A stretch of DNA of 64,000 bases from Scyliorhinus canicula (GCF_902713615.1 NC_052162.1:126132653-126196652); one strand, 5' to 3'. Shown: positions 1 to 13,543, counted from the stretch's first letter. Numbers and translations are program-made. Notes: generated by a model not told the origin, from the letters alone.

Positions 1-790
1 CCCTACAACACTCTCTATCTCTGTAGCTTCCTCCAGCCCCTACAACACTCTCTATCTCTGTAACATCCTCCAGCCCCTACAACACTCTCTATCTCTGTAA
101 CATCCACCAGCCCCTACAACACTCTCTATCTCTGTAACATCCTCCAGCTCCTACAACACACTCTATCTCTGTAACATCTTCCAGACCCTACAACACTCTC
201 AATCTCTGTAACATCCTCCAGCCCCTACAACACTCTCTATCTCTGTAGCTTCCTCCCATCCCTACAGCGCTTCCTATCTTTGAAACCTCCTATCGATGTT
301 ACACCCCACCTGAACATTCATACATCCTCCAGCCCCAACAACCTTCCCTATCTCTATAATAGTTACCTCCCCTACAGTAAAGTAAGTAAGTTGCAATAGT
401 TGCAGATGACCATAGGCTGCTTTCCCCTTTGAGGGGGAGAGATAACTTGTGGTGATTTAACCTGAGGATCACCATACCTCAGGTGAGGGGCAACATTGAG
501 AAGGAGGGACCTTCATGCATAACCCTACACCCCCCACAGCCTCCCTCTGTCTCCGGCATCCTGCTATCCATAAAAGTTTCCCTCTCTGTGTAAAAATTAT
601 TTTAGCCCCGACGACCCTCTCTATCTCTGTAACATTGTCTACCCCGACAACACTCCTGAATTCTGCAACCTCCTTCAGCACCTGTGACCCTCTCTATCTC
701 TGTAACATTGTCTACCCCTGCTACACTCCTGAATTCTATAACATCCTTCAGCACCTGTGACCCTTCCTATCTCTGTAACCTCTGCTGTTC
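1..790. repeat. 37-bp minisatellite (CCCTACAACACTCTCTATCTCTGTAACATCCTCCAGC), degenerating rightwards and interrupted at ~378-520
   Basis: Unit recurs at 1, 38, 75 etc. with 37-bp period; degenerate copies continue to ~790. Confidence 0.9.
378..520 (-). mobile_element. SINE 3' fragment, possibly with a Meta-type central domain
   Basis: (TTAC)n tail on minus strand; GACCATAGGCTGC...TTTAACCTGAGG-N9-CCTCAGG core also present at 63895-64000; family assignment from memory. Confidence 0.5.
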
Positions 791-969
791 TCCTGCTGTG
801 TTCTTCCCCTTTGTAGTTAATATAAACTCCGTATCCTTAAATCTGTCTCATCTGGTTCTGGTAACTTACCAATTTTCAGTAAATTCAGCCTATCAAATAC
901 CTCACTGTCAACGTTGAACCCATGAGTGTCTTGACTACCTCCTTTTTCACTCTGGCTTGGACACCAAGT

Positions 970-1157
970 TCTTTTTAAAAATAAATTTAGAGTAGCCAAT
1001 TATTTTTTTTACAATTAAGGGACAATTTAGCACGGCCAATCCAACTATCCTGCACATCTGTTTTTGGGTTGTGGGGGTGGGACCCACACAGTCACTGCGA
1101 GAATGTGCAAACTCCACATGGACAGGGGGCCGGGATCGAACCAGGGTCCTCGGTGCC
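970..1157 (-). mobile_element. HE1-like tRNA-derived SINE (A-tailed short form), 5'-truncated
   Basis: B-box complement GATCGAACC, GAGAATGTGCAAACTCCACA core, T-rich tail; many copies in window. Confidence 0.85.
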
Positions 1158-1193
1158 ATTGTCATATTCAATATTTTCCCCGCTTCTGGACTG

Positions 1194-1760
1194 TGATAGA
1201 AAGATTCAACAAGGTTCGTTAGGTAAGCAAAACTAAACTTTATTTACGAACTAAAACTGCTAGCAGTATTGCTGAGACTTGAAGTCGGAAGGCAGTCAAG
1301 TACAAACTGCTGGTTCCCTTCCAAGTCTGCAATATCACAAAAGAATAAGACGATTTATATACATTATAGGATCAAGATAACATGAATACAGCTTGGTCAG
1401 GAATTTGATCAAAAGTAAAACATAAGTAATAATCATTACAATGGCGTCACCTTGCTGACCTTTAGAGGACTCGGGGTCTCGTATCATTATCTTGTCTTTT
1501 GGTGAATGTTTAAGAAATGGAGCAAACTTGTTTAAGTACCGAAAGAGACAAGTTTTTAGCTTATCGTATGTATTTAGACTGCTCTGGTCTTATGACGAAT
1601 GAGCTTTATCCGAGTTTAGAGTCAGCCAGTTCTCGGGTCAAGTTGACCTTGGCTGCTTGTATTTGTGCCTTAGGTTATGCGAAGTCAGTTTAAATTTAAT
1701 TGTACCAAGAAAACTTGACTAGTTTTCCCATCATGCCATTGTTTGCTTCGCACAATACCA
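1194..1760 (-). mobile_element. Probable solo LTR
   Basis: TGATAG...ATACCA termini, imperfect 5-bp TSD GACTG/CACTG, AATAAA on minus strand near 1240. Confidence 0.5.
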
Positions 1761-1899
1761 CACTGTGAGTCAGCAATGCCTTGGACACCAGGTTCTGTGG
1801 TAAAGGCAGATACTCATTCGGTACCAGTCTGCCTCCCTTCATGTCCAAATCCCCTTTCAGTTCCAGATTCAGCTCCATGCTCCTTTTACAGCTTTGGCA

Positions 1900-2672
1900 G
1901 CAAAAATAGTCAAGCAAATTATTATTTGAATGGGTGTAAATTGTGAGAGGTGGATACTCAGCGAGAACTTGGTGTTCTCGTGCATCAGTCGCTGAAAGAA
2001 AGCGCACAGGTACAGAAGGCAGTAAAGAAGGCAAATAGTATGTTGGCCTTCATAGCGAGAGGATTGAAGTATTGGAATAGAGATGTTTTACTGCAGTTGT
2101 ATAGGGCATTGCTGAGGCCACACCTGGAATATTGTGAGCAGTTTTGGTGTCCTTATCTGAGGAAAGATGTTCTTGCTGTGGAGAGAGTGCGGCGAAGATT
2201 TACCAGGCCGAATCCAGGGATGGCGGGACGGTCATATGAGGAGAGACTAAATCGGTTGGGATTAAATTAATTGGCGTTTAAAAGAGTGAGAGAGGATCCC
2301 ATAGAAATTACAGAATTCTAACAGGATTAGACAGGGTAGATTCAGGAAAAATGTTCTCAATGGTGGGCGAGTCCAGAACTAGGGGTCAGAGTTTGAGGAT
2401 AAGGGGTAAACCTTTTAGGACTGAGGTGAGGAGAAATTTCTTCACCCAGAGAGCGGTGAATCTGTGGAATTCGCTGCCACAAAAATTAGTTGAGGCCAAA
2501 AGGTAGTTGTGTAATTTCAAGAGGAATTAGATACAGCTCTTGGGACTAAAGGGATAAAGGGATATGGGGAAGGCGGGATCAGAGTATTGAACTTGCTGAT
2601 CAGCCATGATCATAATAAATGGTGGAGCAGGCTCGAAGGGCTGAATGGCCTCCTCCTGCTTCTATTTTCTAT
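1900..2672 (+). mobile_element. CR1 (HER1-like) LINE 3' end
   Basis: ORF 1950-2270 with LYRALLRPHLEYC..FWCP; typical CR1 3'UTR GGTGGAGCAGGCTCGAAGGGCTGAATGGCC. Confidence 0.95.
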
Positions 2673-2719
2673 GCTCCAGTCGCCAGGCAGACGTAGCCAG
2701 AGAGTCCTGCCCTTAGGGG

Positions 2720-2930
2720 GTGGGATTCTCCGTTGCAAGGATTCTCCGTTACGCTGGAAGCGCTCCCGTGCCCGGGCAGTTCCCGACGGCGTGGGGTTGC
2801 CCACACTAGGAAACCCCATTGGCTGGCTGGCGGACGGAGAATCCTGTGCAGAATGTTTTTAGTGCTGGGGAGCTGAACTCCGAGATCGGGCTGCCATTTT
2901 AAAGGGGTGCCCTGATCTCTCAGAGAGCTG
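2720..2930. mobile_element. GC-rich non-autonomous DNA transposon (MITE-like) fragment
   Basis: Inverted GGATTCTCCG / CGGAGAATCC motifs, CpG-rich. Confidence 0.5.
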
Positions 2931-3898
2931 TGGGTCCTCCACACCCCCCACTCATGGGCAATGTCAACCCCACACACATGGACAGTACTCCAAACCCCCC
3001 CAAGTGAAAACACCCCACTCTGGGGTGCTGGGGGTCTCCCCTGCTCAGGTCCCCCCAAGCCCCCTTACAACATATATGTATATAACAGACGCGCAAATAT
3101 CAAGGGCAGCAGTTGACATGGTTAAATCCAAGGCTCACACAATCACAAGTCAAATTGTGTAAAATAATTGCTAAAAATATTTGTCTAAGAAAAATACAGA
3201 TCACTTTTTAAATGAAATAGGATCGACAAACCCTTTAAAATGTTTTTGTACCCGAATAAAAATCCCGTCATGCTGCTGACAGCTCCCAATTCAATTAAAA
3301 AGCCGTTTGATTTCTTGTGTCCTCCATCTAGTCCAGTGCAGTGCTCGACTCATTGCCACCATACAACTTTTTAACCCTTTCCAGTTCGAGCGACAGCTTT
3401 CAGCAGACCAGCGACCACGTTCTCTTCCTTTGCCACATGCACTCTCTTCCCTGGCTACATTTCAAACCTTATTTTTTCTTCTCAGTGATAATTTTTGCAG
3501 CAAGGTATTATTTAAAAAAAGAGAAAGAGAAACTTGCTCTCCGAAGCTGGTTTCCTTATATTTCTTCCCGACTCCGTCCGCTTCTCCTTATTCCTTCCTC
3601 AGGTTTTGTTTGGCACCATAGCTCGTCAGCAACCTCCTTTATTTTTTTACCAAAAAAAAAATATTCCCCCCTCTCGCCCAGAGAGAGAGGAAAAAAATCA
3701 CCTCACTGTTCATTTTTGTTTTTCCTTTTTAGTTGCTTATTGTTGCGGCTGCCACTGGCCAAGTTGTCTGTTCCTCCTGCCTCCTCAACCGGCTCATAGT
3801 GAAGATCCCAGCTGCTTGACCTGAAAGCAACAGCTGATTTGTGTGCTTTGATACCAGAAAAATAATTAATTTATATAGTTCACAGTGCCTCCATTTTG

Positions 3899-4487
3899 TT
3901 AGGTGCCCAGAGGAAGATTTGAAATGCTCCCTTCATCTTCTACAAGACTTTGTGCTGTGAGTTGCCTGGATTTGTCCGAAGTGTCCTCTGGGATTTGACT
4001 GGTTTCACCCTGTGCAGCTGTGGGCTTCGGCGGCGAGCCCGGGTATGGGTATAGAGGCTGATAGCTACCATCTGGTATACTGCTCTCCGAATCCCTGGTG
4101 CTGTCGTCTTCGGCCAAGGATTTGTCCACCTCGCTTTTGGACGTTTTGAGTGGCATCGGCTGGCTGGCGTCTATGGTCTCCGAAAAGTCAGTGTTTGCGG
4201 TCTCCCAGCTGCTCAAGCTGTACATCTCTTCGTCAGAGCTGTCAGTGGTACTCTGGGTGACCAACCCGTCCTTGTTTGTCGTGATGTTGAGCAGGAGGTT
4301 ATCGTGGCCCATTGTAGAGCTCTTCCCCCAAATCCAGGGAGCCCGGGGAGGGTGGGCTGCGAGGGATCATGCTCTAAAGCCATTTGCGGTTGACCTCCAG
4401 GTTGACCAACATCTCTTTGGCATCAGGATAAACCAGTTCAGCCCAGGTCTCCCAGAGAGGATGCACAATTAAATCGATAAACACAAC
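3899..4487 (-). pseudogene. PDE4-family cAMP phosphodiesterase terminal exon, disrupted
   Basis: [44 protein letters not shown] matches the PDE4 last-exon motif [23 protein letters not shown]...WYQSMIPQSP; pyrimidine tract + AG at 4488-4489; TAG at 4374-4376 replaces Gln; the acidic tail (3899-4312) is in another frame. Confidence 0.8.
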
Positions 4488-7349
4488 CTCACGGGAGGAA
4501 AAAGAACATCTAATCAGGAAACTTAACACCTTTTCCTTCATTTCTCCTCGTCCTCCTCTCAGTAATTTGACATGGGCCATTCAGCCTCTCTGTTCCATCA
4601 ATCATGGCTAATCATAGGAGCAGAAGTAGGCCATTCAGCCCTTTGAGCTTATGACTGATCCAGTTGTGGTCTTTTTTTTTTCGATAGAACCTTTATTATT
4701 GTTGTGTACACATTTTGAATTTATTTTCCCCACAGTCCATTTAAAAGACTTACACAAATCTATTCGTACATCAAAAATAAGTTTCTTTTTAACATGTTTC
4801 GTACTACTGTTACACAATCACATGCGTGCTACAACGGTCACAGAAGCGACGGGAGGCATAATACTGTCAGTAAAAAACAAAGCAGGAAGGCAGCTACCAG
4901 ATATACAGACACAAGGTCAGAATCCGCTCCACACTCACTATCAGAGGTCACCTAGAGTTCAACTGCATGTTTGTTCAGTCAAAAAGTGATTTCAATTTAT
5001 TATTTCAGCGCTTACTGAGTTCTCCAGTGGACAACAGACTGAAAAGAACAAATCGGAATTGCACACCCTTGGAATGTAACTAAAAAAAACCCAACATTTT
5101 TAAATGCAGAAACGCATTAGGATACTGACCAATTTGTCCGTTTCCACCCAGGGCTTTTTCCCTCCCTCAGGATAGCGTCAACCTTTTCCCCCTACTGTGC
5201 ACGTCAGCCGCCGTGTTAACAGAGAACGATCAAACCACTCAGCCCACATACAGAACCGACTGTTCAGCTTGCCAGCTGAGAGTCAGTTCATCATTTGGGA
5301 CAACAGTGGGAAACGTTAAGTCAATTAGTGATTTTGCCAAATTCACATTTGGACGCAGGTATTATTTTGATCGGGGACGAAATCAACTAGGACTGCATCA
5401 TTAAAACCGGCGCACTTTCTTCATGTCCATGGTTCTAATTTTGGGAAACCATAGAACTCCAGGGGAACTGTGAACTGAAACATCATCATGCAGCTACCCC
5501 CACTCACCCAAGATAGTCTTGGTATCAGGAGCAGAAAGCTGGAGGGAAAGGTCCACGTTTGTGTGACAGGTCTGAAGAAATTCAATAGTATCAATATACC
5601 AAAAGCATTTATTCAAATAGTGATTAGAATCAGAACGAGATGGGGGGTGGATAGGGTTGTTGAAGGTATCAGTTATTACAACACGTGATTGAGATTTGTG
5701 CAAGAAAAAAAAACCTAAAGAAGAATAACACAAGTTGCTGCAATGGTGCAAAGTGTTATAGAGTCCCCATTTTGCTCTGGGGATGGTGTGGTGTGGGGGA
5801 AAAGAGCAAAAGAGGAGAGCATAGGGAACCCAGAGCAGAGTGAACAGAGACAGCAGAGCTAGCCGAGCACAACGATCAATCTCCAGACACCAGGAACAGA
5901 ACATAAAACACAGTCAGAACTCGGAAAGTGGCAGGCGTGCCCCAATGACTTATGTGGGAGGAGGAGAAAGTGTGTGCGGAAGGGGAGGGGGGGTGAGCCT
6001 GCTTTGTCAGAACTTCACCAACACCTGAAGGTCAAACATCAGCACAATCAGAATTCCGACTGGGTAAAGGCTCCAGCATGAAGGCCACCAGCATTCCCTT
6101 CCCTATAGATTCCCATGATTACGAGATAAGAACCCTGTGGCCACAGCAGAACTGGGGCAGTCCCTTAGTCATCGACATGGACGCAACTCCAGGGGAGCGT
6201 GCTCGCTGAGCAGGGCAGGAGGGGGGAGAAAATACTGCTTGCCAGTTGGAGTGCGCACATGGGCAATAGGACTGAGGGAATGAAAACCCCGCGTTTATTT
6301 AAGAGGGGCAAGTCACAAAGGTACAATCAAGGAAGCCCTCTACCTTCCATAGTTGATTAACAAGCAGCATATCCCTCACCAAACGGTGCAAATAGTATAC
6401 AGTTCTTTCACATTCCCCTCTCGCCTCCCCCTATTTTCTCCCTCTCCCCCCAGACCAGGCGAGCTGCCCGAACAAATTCTGAACCTTTTGTCACTTGGTT
6501 TCACACCATGATACCCAGCCAGATTAAGACCCAGTTGTGGTCTTAACTCCACTTTGCCATACACCCCCCACCCCATTACCTTTGACTGCCTTGTCTATCA
6601 ACAATCTGACCAACAACACACCCGCAAATTCACTGTTTGCCTTCATTCCCAGAACATGAATATCACTGGCAAAGTCAATATGTATTGCCCATCTCGGTTT
6701 GCCCTTCAGAAGTTGGTGTTGAGCCACCTTTGCTTGCTTGGCCATTTCAGAGGGCAGTTAAAAGTCAAGCACTTTACTGTTGCTTTGAAGTCACACGCAG
6801 GCCAGACCAGGTAAGGATGGTAGATTTCCTTCCTCAGAGGACCACGAGTGAACCAGGTGTGTTTGTTTAACAAAGCAGGAGTTTCCTTTGCACCATTACT
6901 GATACAAGCTTTTTATACCAGAATTTATAACAAATTAATGGAGTGTAATTTTCACAACTGGAGCCGTCAATGGTGGAATGTGGACTCATGCCTCATAAAT
7001 TTGTGCTTTCCAAATTACTGTCCCAGCAACATAACCTTTGGCAACCCAAACCTTCAGTGACTGAATGGCGAAACATTGAGGAACTGGCCAGTAGAAGGCA
7101 CTGAAGGTACAGAATTAGACTCGTTATTCAGATCGAATTTGCTTCTAAATCGGAATAGATTATTGGAATTGTTCAATTTTTCAACTCTTTTACTTTCAAT
7201 ATATTTTTTAAAGTTGTGACTGCTGATGCCCTAATTGGAGAAACTGGTTTGTGGAAGGGAACAAATCCAGCAGTATGGGGCAATGGGGCGAAAATTAGTC
7301 CCATTAAAATTAGGCATGCTGAGTAACACAGTACACTGTAGGAGAGGGG

Positions 7350-7960
7350 TTCCTGAGTGACGGTGTGAGGGAGCTCCATTAATATCAGTATAGATAGTCA
7401 GTAACACAGGGTGCTGGGGGGGTGGGGTTACTCAGTGACGGTGTGAGGGAACTCCATTAATATCAGTATAGATACAGTCAGTAACACAGGGTGCTGGGGG
7501 GGTGGGGTTACTGAGTGACGGTGTGAGGGAGCTCCATTAATATCAGTAGAGATACAGTCAGTAACACAGGGTCCTGGGGGGTGGGGTTACTCAGTGACGG
7601 TGTGAGGGAGCTCCATTAATATCAGTAGAGATACAGTCAGTAACACTGGGGGGTGGGGTTACTGAGTGACGGTGTGAGGGAACTCCATTAATATCAGTAT
7701 AGATACAGTCAGTAACACAGGGTGCTGGGGGGTGGGGTTACTGAGTGACGGTGTGAGGGAGCTCCATTAATATCAGTAGAGATACAGTCAGTAACACGGT
7801 GCTGGGAGGTGGGGTTACTCAGTGACGGTGTGAGGGAGCTCCATTAATATCAGTAGAGATACAGTCAGTAACACGGTGCTGGGGGGTGGGTTACTCAGTG
7901 ACGGTATGAGGGAGCTTAAATAACATTTAATATCAGTATATATACAGTCAGTAACACAGG
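7350..7960. repeat. ~78-80-bp minisatellite, about 8 copies
   Basis: GTGACGGTGTGAGGGAGCTCCATTAATATCAGTA...GGGGTTACT unit at 7357, 7435, 7515 etc. Confidence 0.95.
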
Positions 7961-8822
7961 TATTGTCCATTACGGCTCCCTCAGTGTTGCTCAACAGTGA
8001 GTCATTCTCACTGCTGCTCGGGAATTGCACGAATAAAAATCCAGTGGACCTGAAGCTCCCAGTGTCCGACGAGGATTCTTGATCGATACTGTCCATTTCT
8101 TCATCATCTGTGAAATTTGCAACGGCTCCAGCTGGGGTATTGTCCACAGTGGCTCCCTCAGTGTTGCTGAGCAGTGAGGCTTGGTCCTCTGGATGATGAC
8201 CGATGGCAACAGAGGAGACCTCACCGGCAGATCTGTCTTCCACATCACTACTGCCATTGACGCTATTTTCCTGCAGTTCAATGTGGCATTCAATGTCATC
8301 AAGATTAACAGCTGGAGTCAGAGATTCAACCATTGGTTCAGATGAGCTGCTTGTCCACTCGATCATCTGACAGTCTCTCACACCTTCGCTGATCTCCAGG
8401 GAAACTCCCAGATCCTGCTGGTCATTCTGGCCGCTCGGTACCAGGATCAGCCTCCTCCACAACAGCTGACCTTTGATCTCTGACACGAGGGCCTGGAGGT
8501 TCAGCTCCTCTTCTGGCTGCTTGGTTCCAACTTCGATCTCTGCAGACACAACAGCAGCTGAGGTATTTTGACCGTTGACACGTTGTGCCTAATCTCCACC
8601 GGAGATAATTTCTTCAATTTCTCCAGTAGTCACTTCATCAATCTTTGCGACAGAAACAGAACGAACTGCTCTGTGAATTTTACCATTTGCCCAACAATAT
8701 ATAATCCACGTAATCACGATCATTGTTCTGAATGCCTGGATATAATGTTCACTCTTAGCAATCGTTTTCTGTCTGAGCAATTGGCAGGTAGAACACCAAA
8801 TCAATGGGAAAGATTCTGTCAA
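7961..8822 (-). pseudogene. Large acidic/Ser-rich pseudo-exon of unknown product, possibly the 5' exon of the PDE4-like gene
   Basis: ORFs 8589-8822 and 7815-8549 are in one frame separated by a single TAG (8589-8591); internal duplication SLLSNTEGA(T/V)(V/M)DNT; frame runs into the minisatellite at ~7960. Confidence 0.45.
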
Positions 8823-8997
8823 CAGCGAGTTAAACTGGGTAACTATGGAAACGGGTGATGTGGGATGATGTAAACAAACATGGTGGGTACCGTGACAACA
8901 CGGAACTCTGTCACAATAGCATCATACCCGACAGTGTGATGTCACAGGGACCACAATTCCCCAATTTAGAGAATCAAGTCAGGAAGCAAAGAACAAG

Positions 8998-9300
8998 GGG
9001 CAGAATTCTCTGTTTGAGAGGCTAAGTGTAGACACCAGGACTGAATGGGAGGTGTTCCCCGGTCCTGATGGGGGCGTAACTGCCGGAGCCATTTAGGACA
9101 TGCTAATGTGGCAGCACTCACACCACGTGGCACTAGTGCAATTCCAAAGCAGGCCCTGAGATTCACGGATACAGAGCTCGAGCTTTTACTGGATGCCATG
9201 GAGGAGAGGTGGGGCACGCTGTTCCCCGAGGTGGGAAGGAGGTTGTCACCCACAGATGTCAACCGGGCCTGGGCGGAGGTGGCAGAGGCCATGATCGGAT
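8998..9300 (+). mobile_element. PIF/Harbinger remnant with Myb/SANT-like ORF2 fragment
   Basis: RFTDTELELLLDAMEERWGTLFP..GRR...RAWAEVAEA resembles the Harbinger/NAIF1 Myb-SANT domain; GGGCAGAATTCTC end motif. Confidence 0.75.
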
Positions 9301-9809
9301 CATGGTCAGCAACTCGGGACTGAGTGGTCAGTGTCTATCTATATTTTCCAGCTATGGACACAGTGGGTGGGATTTTCTGCTCCCCCCACGGGTGTTTTGC
9401 GGTGGCAGAGGCAGCCCACCATTGGCCTTCCAATCCCTTCCAATGTTAATTATGTACAGCATACTGTTAGTCGAGATCACTGGTACAGGAAATAATTGAC
9501 TGTTACAGCTTTTAAAGACTGTAGTTAGTATTTAAGGGGAGTTCCTATCTCTTGGTGGGATTAGAACTAGACATGCCTCATCACAATGCAGAGCACCTTC
9601 ATTGTCTGATGATGAATTAGAGATGTTTCTGTAAAACGATCATCAAGGAGGGTTCCCTATTTTGGGACTGTAAAAACCCTCCCACAAGAGGTAATGGACA
9701 AAGCAGCATATGGTTGCTGAGGAAGAAAGAGTTTGTTGGATGTGAAAAACACCTGGAATGCAACATCAGACAATAAGGTTCTCTGCATTGTGATGAGGGA
9801 TGTCTTGCG

Positions 9810-10145
9810 ATATAGTTCCAAGTCAGGATGGTGTGTGGCTTGGAGTGGAACTTGCAGGCAGTGGTGCCCCCATGCATTTACTGCCCTTTTCCTTCCAAGT
9901 GGCAGAGGTTGGGGGTTTGGAATGCTGTTGAAGAAACCTGGCCGAGTTGCTGCAGTGCATCTTTTTAAGTGGTACACACTGCTCCCACTGTATGTCGATT
10001 GTAGAGGGAGTGAATATTCAAGGTGGTGAATGAGGTGCCCATCAAGTGGACTACTTTGTCCTAGATGGTGTCAAGCTTTTTGAGTGTTGTTGGAGCAGCA
10101 CTCATCCAGGCAAGTGGAGAGTATTCCATCGCACTCCGGGCTGAT
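9810..10145 (-). mobile_element. Old LINE 3' remnant (CR1/L2 group)
   Basis: Decayed C-terminal ORF-like text (HCSNS..FFNSIPNPQPLP). Confidence 0.55.
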
Positions 10146-10289
10146 GTGTCAGGTGAATATTTTGCATCTCATTCTTCTGTGCTTTTCAAATATCCAATAC
10201 CTCAGCTTTATGACTCAGACTCCACAAAAGATGACGCATTGCAGGATGAAAAAAGGTAAGCCTGGAAACAACCCTGTATGAATCCATTC

Positions 10290-10600
10290 TTTTAAAAAAA
10301 ATCTTTTTATTGGCATTTCTCATATTTATAAAGAGTTGTATATATACATCACATTTTTCTTTCTCGCGCTAATTTACTTTATTATACAGAGAGGTTTATT
10401 TTGTCCTTTGTTTAGCTGACCCTATGTACATTTCGCTGTCCTCTGGATCGGTCTATAGTTCCTCCCCCTTCCCCGTTGTCCACCCCCCTTTGGTTCAGCT
10501 GTGTTCTTCATTTATTTTACCTCCCTCCTCTTCTCTTGTGGTTTCCCCACCTTCCTTCCGTCTCCCCTCCTCCCCCATTTTGACAAACTTCCCCTTTGAC
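10290..10600 (-). mobile_element. Probable L1 3'UTR fragment
   Basis: AATAAA plus A-tail on minus strand and purine-rich tract, like the L1 ends at 16280 and 59105. Confidence 0.5.
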
Positions 10601-13543
10601 TTAAACCTGACAACAATAGAGGCAGTTGGCCAGGGTGAAGCTTAACGTCTTCCCCACGTTGCTGGTCAGAATCATCCTATTCCTATTCTCCTTGTTCCAC
10701 TCACTATCCCGTCTGAAGGTGTTTGGGAAAAGAATCAGAGGTGACGGATTGGCTGAAAGAGCGGTGGAAGCATATTTAATAATAAATCTCAGGAGGGGGG
10801 AATGGGATAAATACTTGTGGTGGAAAGAAATGACTGTGGGGAAAGATCAGGGCAGTCGGACATGAGTCGGTCTTTCAAGGAGTCTGCCCAGGCACAATGG
10901 GCCGAATGGCCTCCTTCCTGGTGCATCAGAGACACACAAGTACACACACACACACCTGTTGCCATGTCATTAGCTGTGGAGCATTAGTTTGAAAGTGTTT
11001 TGTTGCAGTTATCATGCAAACATGTGTTCCTCTATTACAGTGAACCCCAAAATTCATGATCGCACCTCACAGCACCCTGTATCATTCACTCCTTCTCTAT
11101 CACCAGCGGATTTACATCCATCCCCAAAGTTAGCTTGAGGATGATGGACTGGGCTTTGCACGGAACATTAATGATAGAACTAGGTGGTGGTGGTGGCAGA
11201 GAATAAGTAGGAGCCTGGACTCAGCTGCAGAGTGCAAATAATGTTTCCCAAAGTCATTAGATTATGTGCCAAACAGTCTGCTGGATCTTGTGGGTGGTGC
11301 GAGAGTCCATTACCTATATTTGTGTACTTTACAGAGCTGACCTACAATGAAGCGTACGGTTACTTCAGGATATCTCTATAGAACTCTTGGTGTCAGAAGT
11401 CTGAGTTATACTAAAAGTCGTGAGTGTTTAGACTGCTGCTTATTGGGTCCTGGGCTCCAGCATGACACAGTCTCTTCTGTCTGGTTTCGACATGCAAGAG
11501 CCATTAGTAGTTGTTTATTGCCCTTCTGGCCACCCAGAAGACAACCCTTGCACATCAGTAAATAGGAATAACTGTGGTCGGCATTCCCCAGAGAATACAC
11601 ATCTGGCCCACCCAACTCTACCCTCCCCCAGAATGACATAACATGTGCCGGAAATTTAGATATTGTACCATCGGGCAGAGCATCACTAGTTTCAGAGCTA
11701 TCCCTTGACCTGGCACGTTGAGGTACAAGGCTGCCATCCCCGGAACCATTCCCTTGTACCCAACAGCCAAACATCATCGATGAGAAACATGGTTACTTGT
11801 AAATGGGTTTTATGCAGGCGTGGGACAACGAGAGCATCAAACCTTCCAATGTTTGACACCCGGCTATTTAAAATGCCTGACCTCATTAACAACCCGGTGA
11901 AACACTATTCAAATATTAGTGCTCAGCATGTTTAACCAAAATTTGAAAGAGCAAATGGAATTTGCCTCCTTGTGATAAATGCTTTTGGAAAAACCATTCG
12001 CCAAGTGCCTTTTAAAACCAAATTGAAAAAGGTGATAACCCATTGAAAATCTCCAAGCATTCAGATGTGACAAACTCAAAGTGTTGCCATTTTCAGTTTT
12101 ACAACCAGCAGCAGCAACATTTGTAGCAGTTGGAGTCTTACTGGCATAACTTTGAGCTCTTAGCAATGTTATCAAGCAAGAAGCTGCACTAGCATATAAC
12201 TGTGATCACAACAGCAATGCTTTTTGTCAGTCTCAAGGAGATACCCATAATCTTATTGGATCCGACAATGAGGAACCAATGCAGGCTGATGAAGGCACCA
12301 ACAGCAACGATTCACAACTGCATGGAAAAGAGAGCATTTAAGTCAGGGAAGTCAACAAACAAGCTCGATCTTATCAGATTTTGTATATTGTGACCTAACT
12401 TGAAAGTTTGTATTTCAAATCCCTAATGTACGTCTGTCAAGAAATGAAAAGACAATCATTGAGTCTGATGTCCATGTCTTGTGTAATCATTACAACCTCA
12501 ACGTTTCTATGATTGCTCAAGAGCTATACATCTTCAATGATGTGCTCACAAAGTAGGTCACAAAAGTTGAAGATTGTCCATCTAATTGTGCAAAATGGAT
12601 AATGTGCTGCAGATATTGATGTATCAGGCTAAAGATAGATTGAATCAGAGCTTATCAAGCTTTTCAGGCAGATCAGTTAACTCAAGGTTTTAAACTCATT
12701 GATGTCCTATGTTTGATTTTATGTTTAATTGCAACAACTACCGTTGCAGAAGGCACTATTAGCAATGCCATTGTGAAAAAGAAGTTAAGGTTAGCCATAG
12801 CAGACAAATGGCAATCAAATCTTTTGAAGCATATTTTATCTAAAAAAACAAATGGATGGGTCTGGGTTGAGTGGAATGTGGAAATTTAAAATATCTCAAA
12901 CCCGAACCAAACCACCTCGAATACACCCATTTTCAGTTTTATTAGATGCATCCTCTGTTCTCACGCCGTTTTGGACATCAAAATTCTGCCCTTAGGGCAA
13001 AATCTATCAGCCGGGGGGGGGGGGGGGGGGGGAGGGGGGGGAGAACTTTTTTCCACAACGAGTCATAATGACCTGGAACTCTCTGCTCAGCAATGCGGCA
13101 GAAGTGGAAACAACAAATAACTTCAACAGGATTTTGGATCAGTATTTAAGGGAAATAAACTTGCAGGGCTATGGGAATAGAACAGGTACATTGGGACTTA
13201 TTGGATTGTTCCACAAAGACCCAGCAAGGGTTTAATGGGCTGAAGAACTTCTTGCTGTGCGATTGTGACTCTATAACTCGGTGAAAGTTAACCAATCTGT
13301 TCTCGAAGGTGAGTTACTCATTTTAATTTATTAATGAGGCTGCAGACTCATATTCTGGCTCCATTTAAAATTTAAACTTGGCCAAATAAGTTTCTCAGGC
13401 CTTGAAAAGCCACCAGCTAAAAGTAGGCGAGGACTGCTTTGCCCTTCCAGTCCTCCTCATGGGCCTTGAGGAGCCGGAGTGCTTTCTCCCAAACCCCCAG
13501 ATAACCTGTTTCTCTCACCTTGTGACTGGGCTCCTGCTGTAAC

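Noticed and set aside
3700-3821. Possible extra minus-strand exon (TTTCAG|GTCAAG...)
   Set aside because: Splice signals are plausible, but there is no canonical upstream donor or recognisable homology
3307-3824. Overlapping Phe/Ser/Leu-rich plus-strand ORFs
   Set aside because: Low-complexity pyrimidine-rich sequence
7350-7960. CRISPR-like periodicity
   Set aside because: Whole unit is repeated with no unique spacers; eukaryotic minisatellite
11880-12340. Weak PIF1-helicase-like (PTATNVAAA) and Harbinger-transposase-like (FERANGI, HNF) text
   Set aside because: No Walker A or DDE motif recoverable by eye; needs an HMM search
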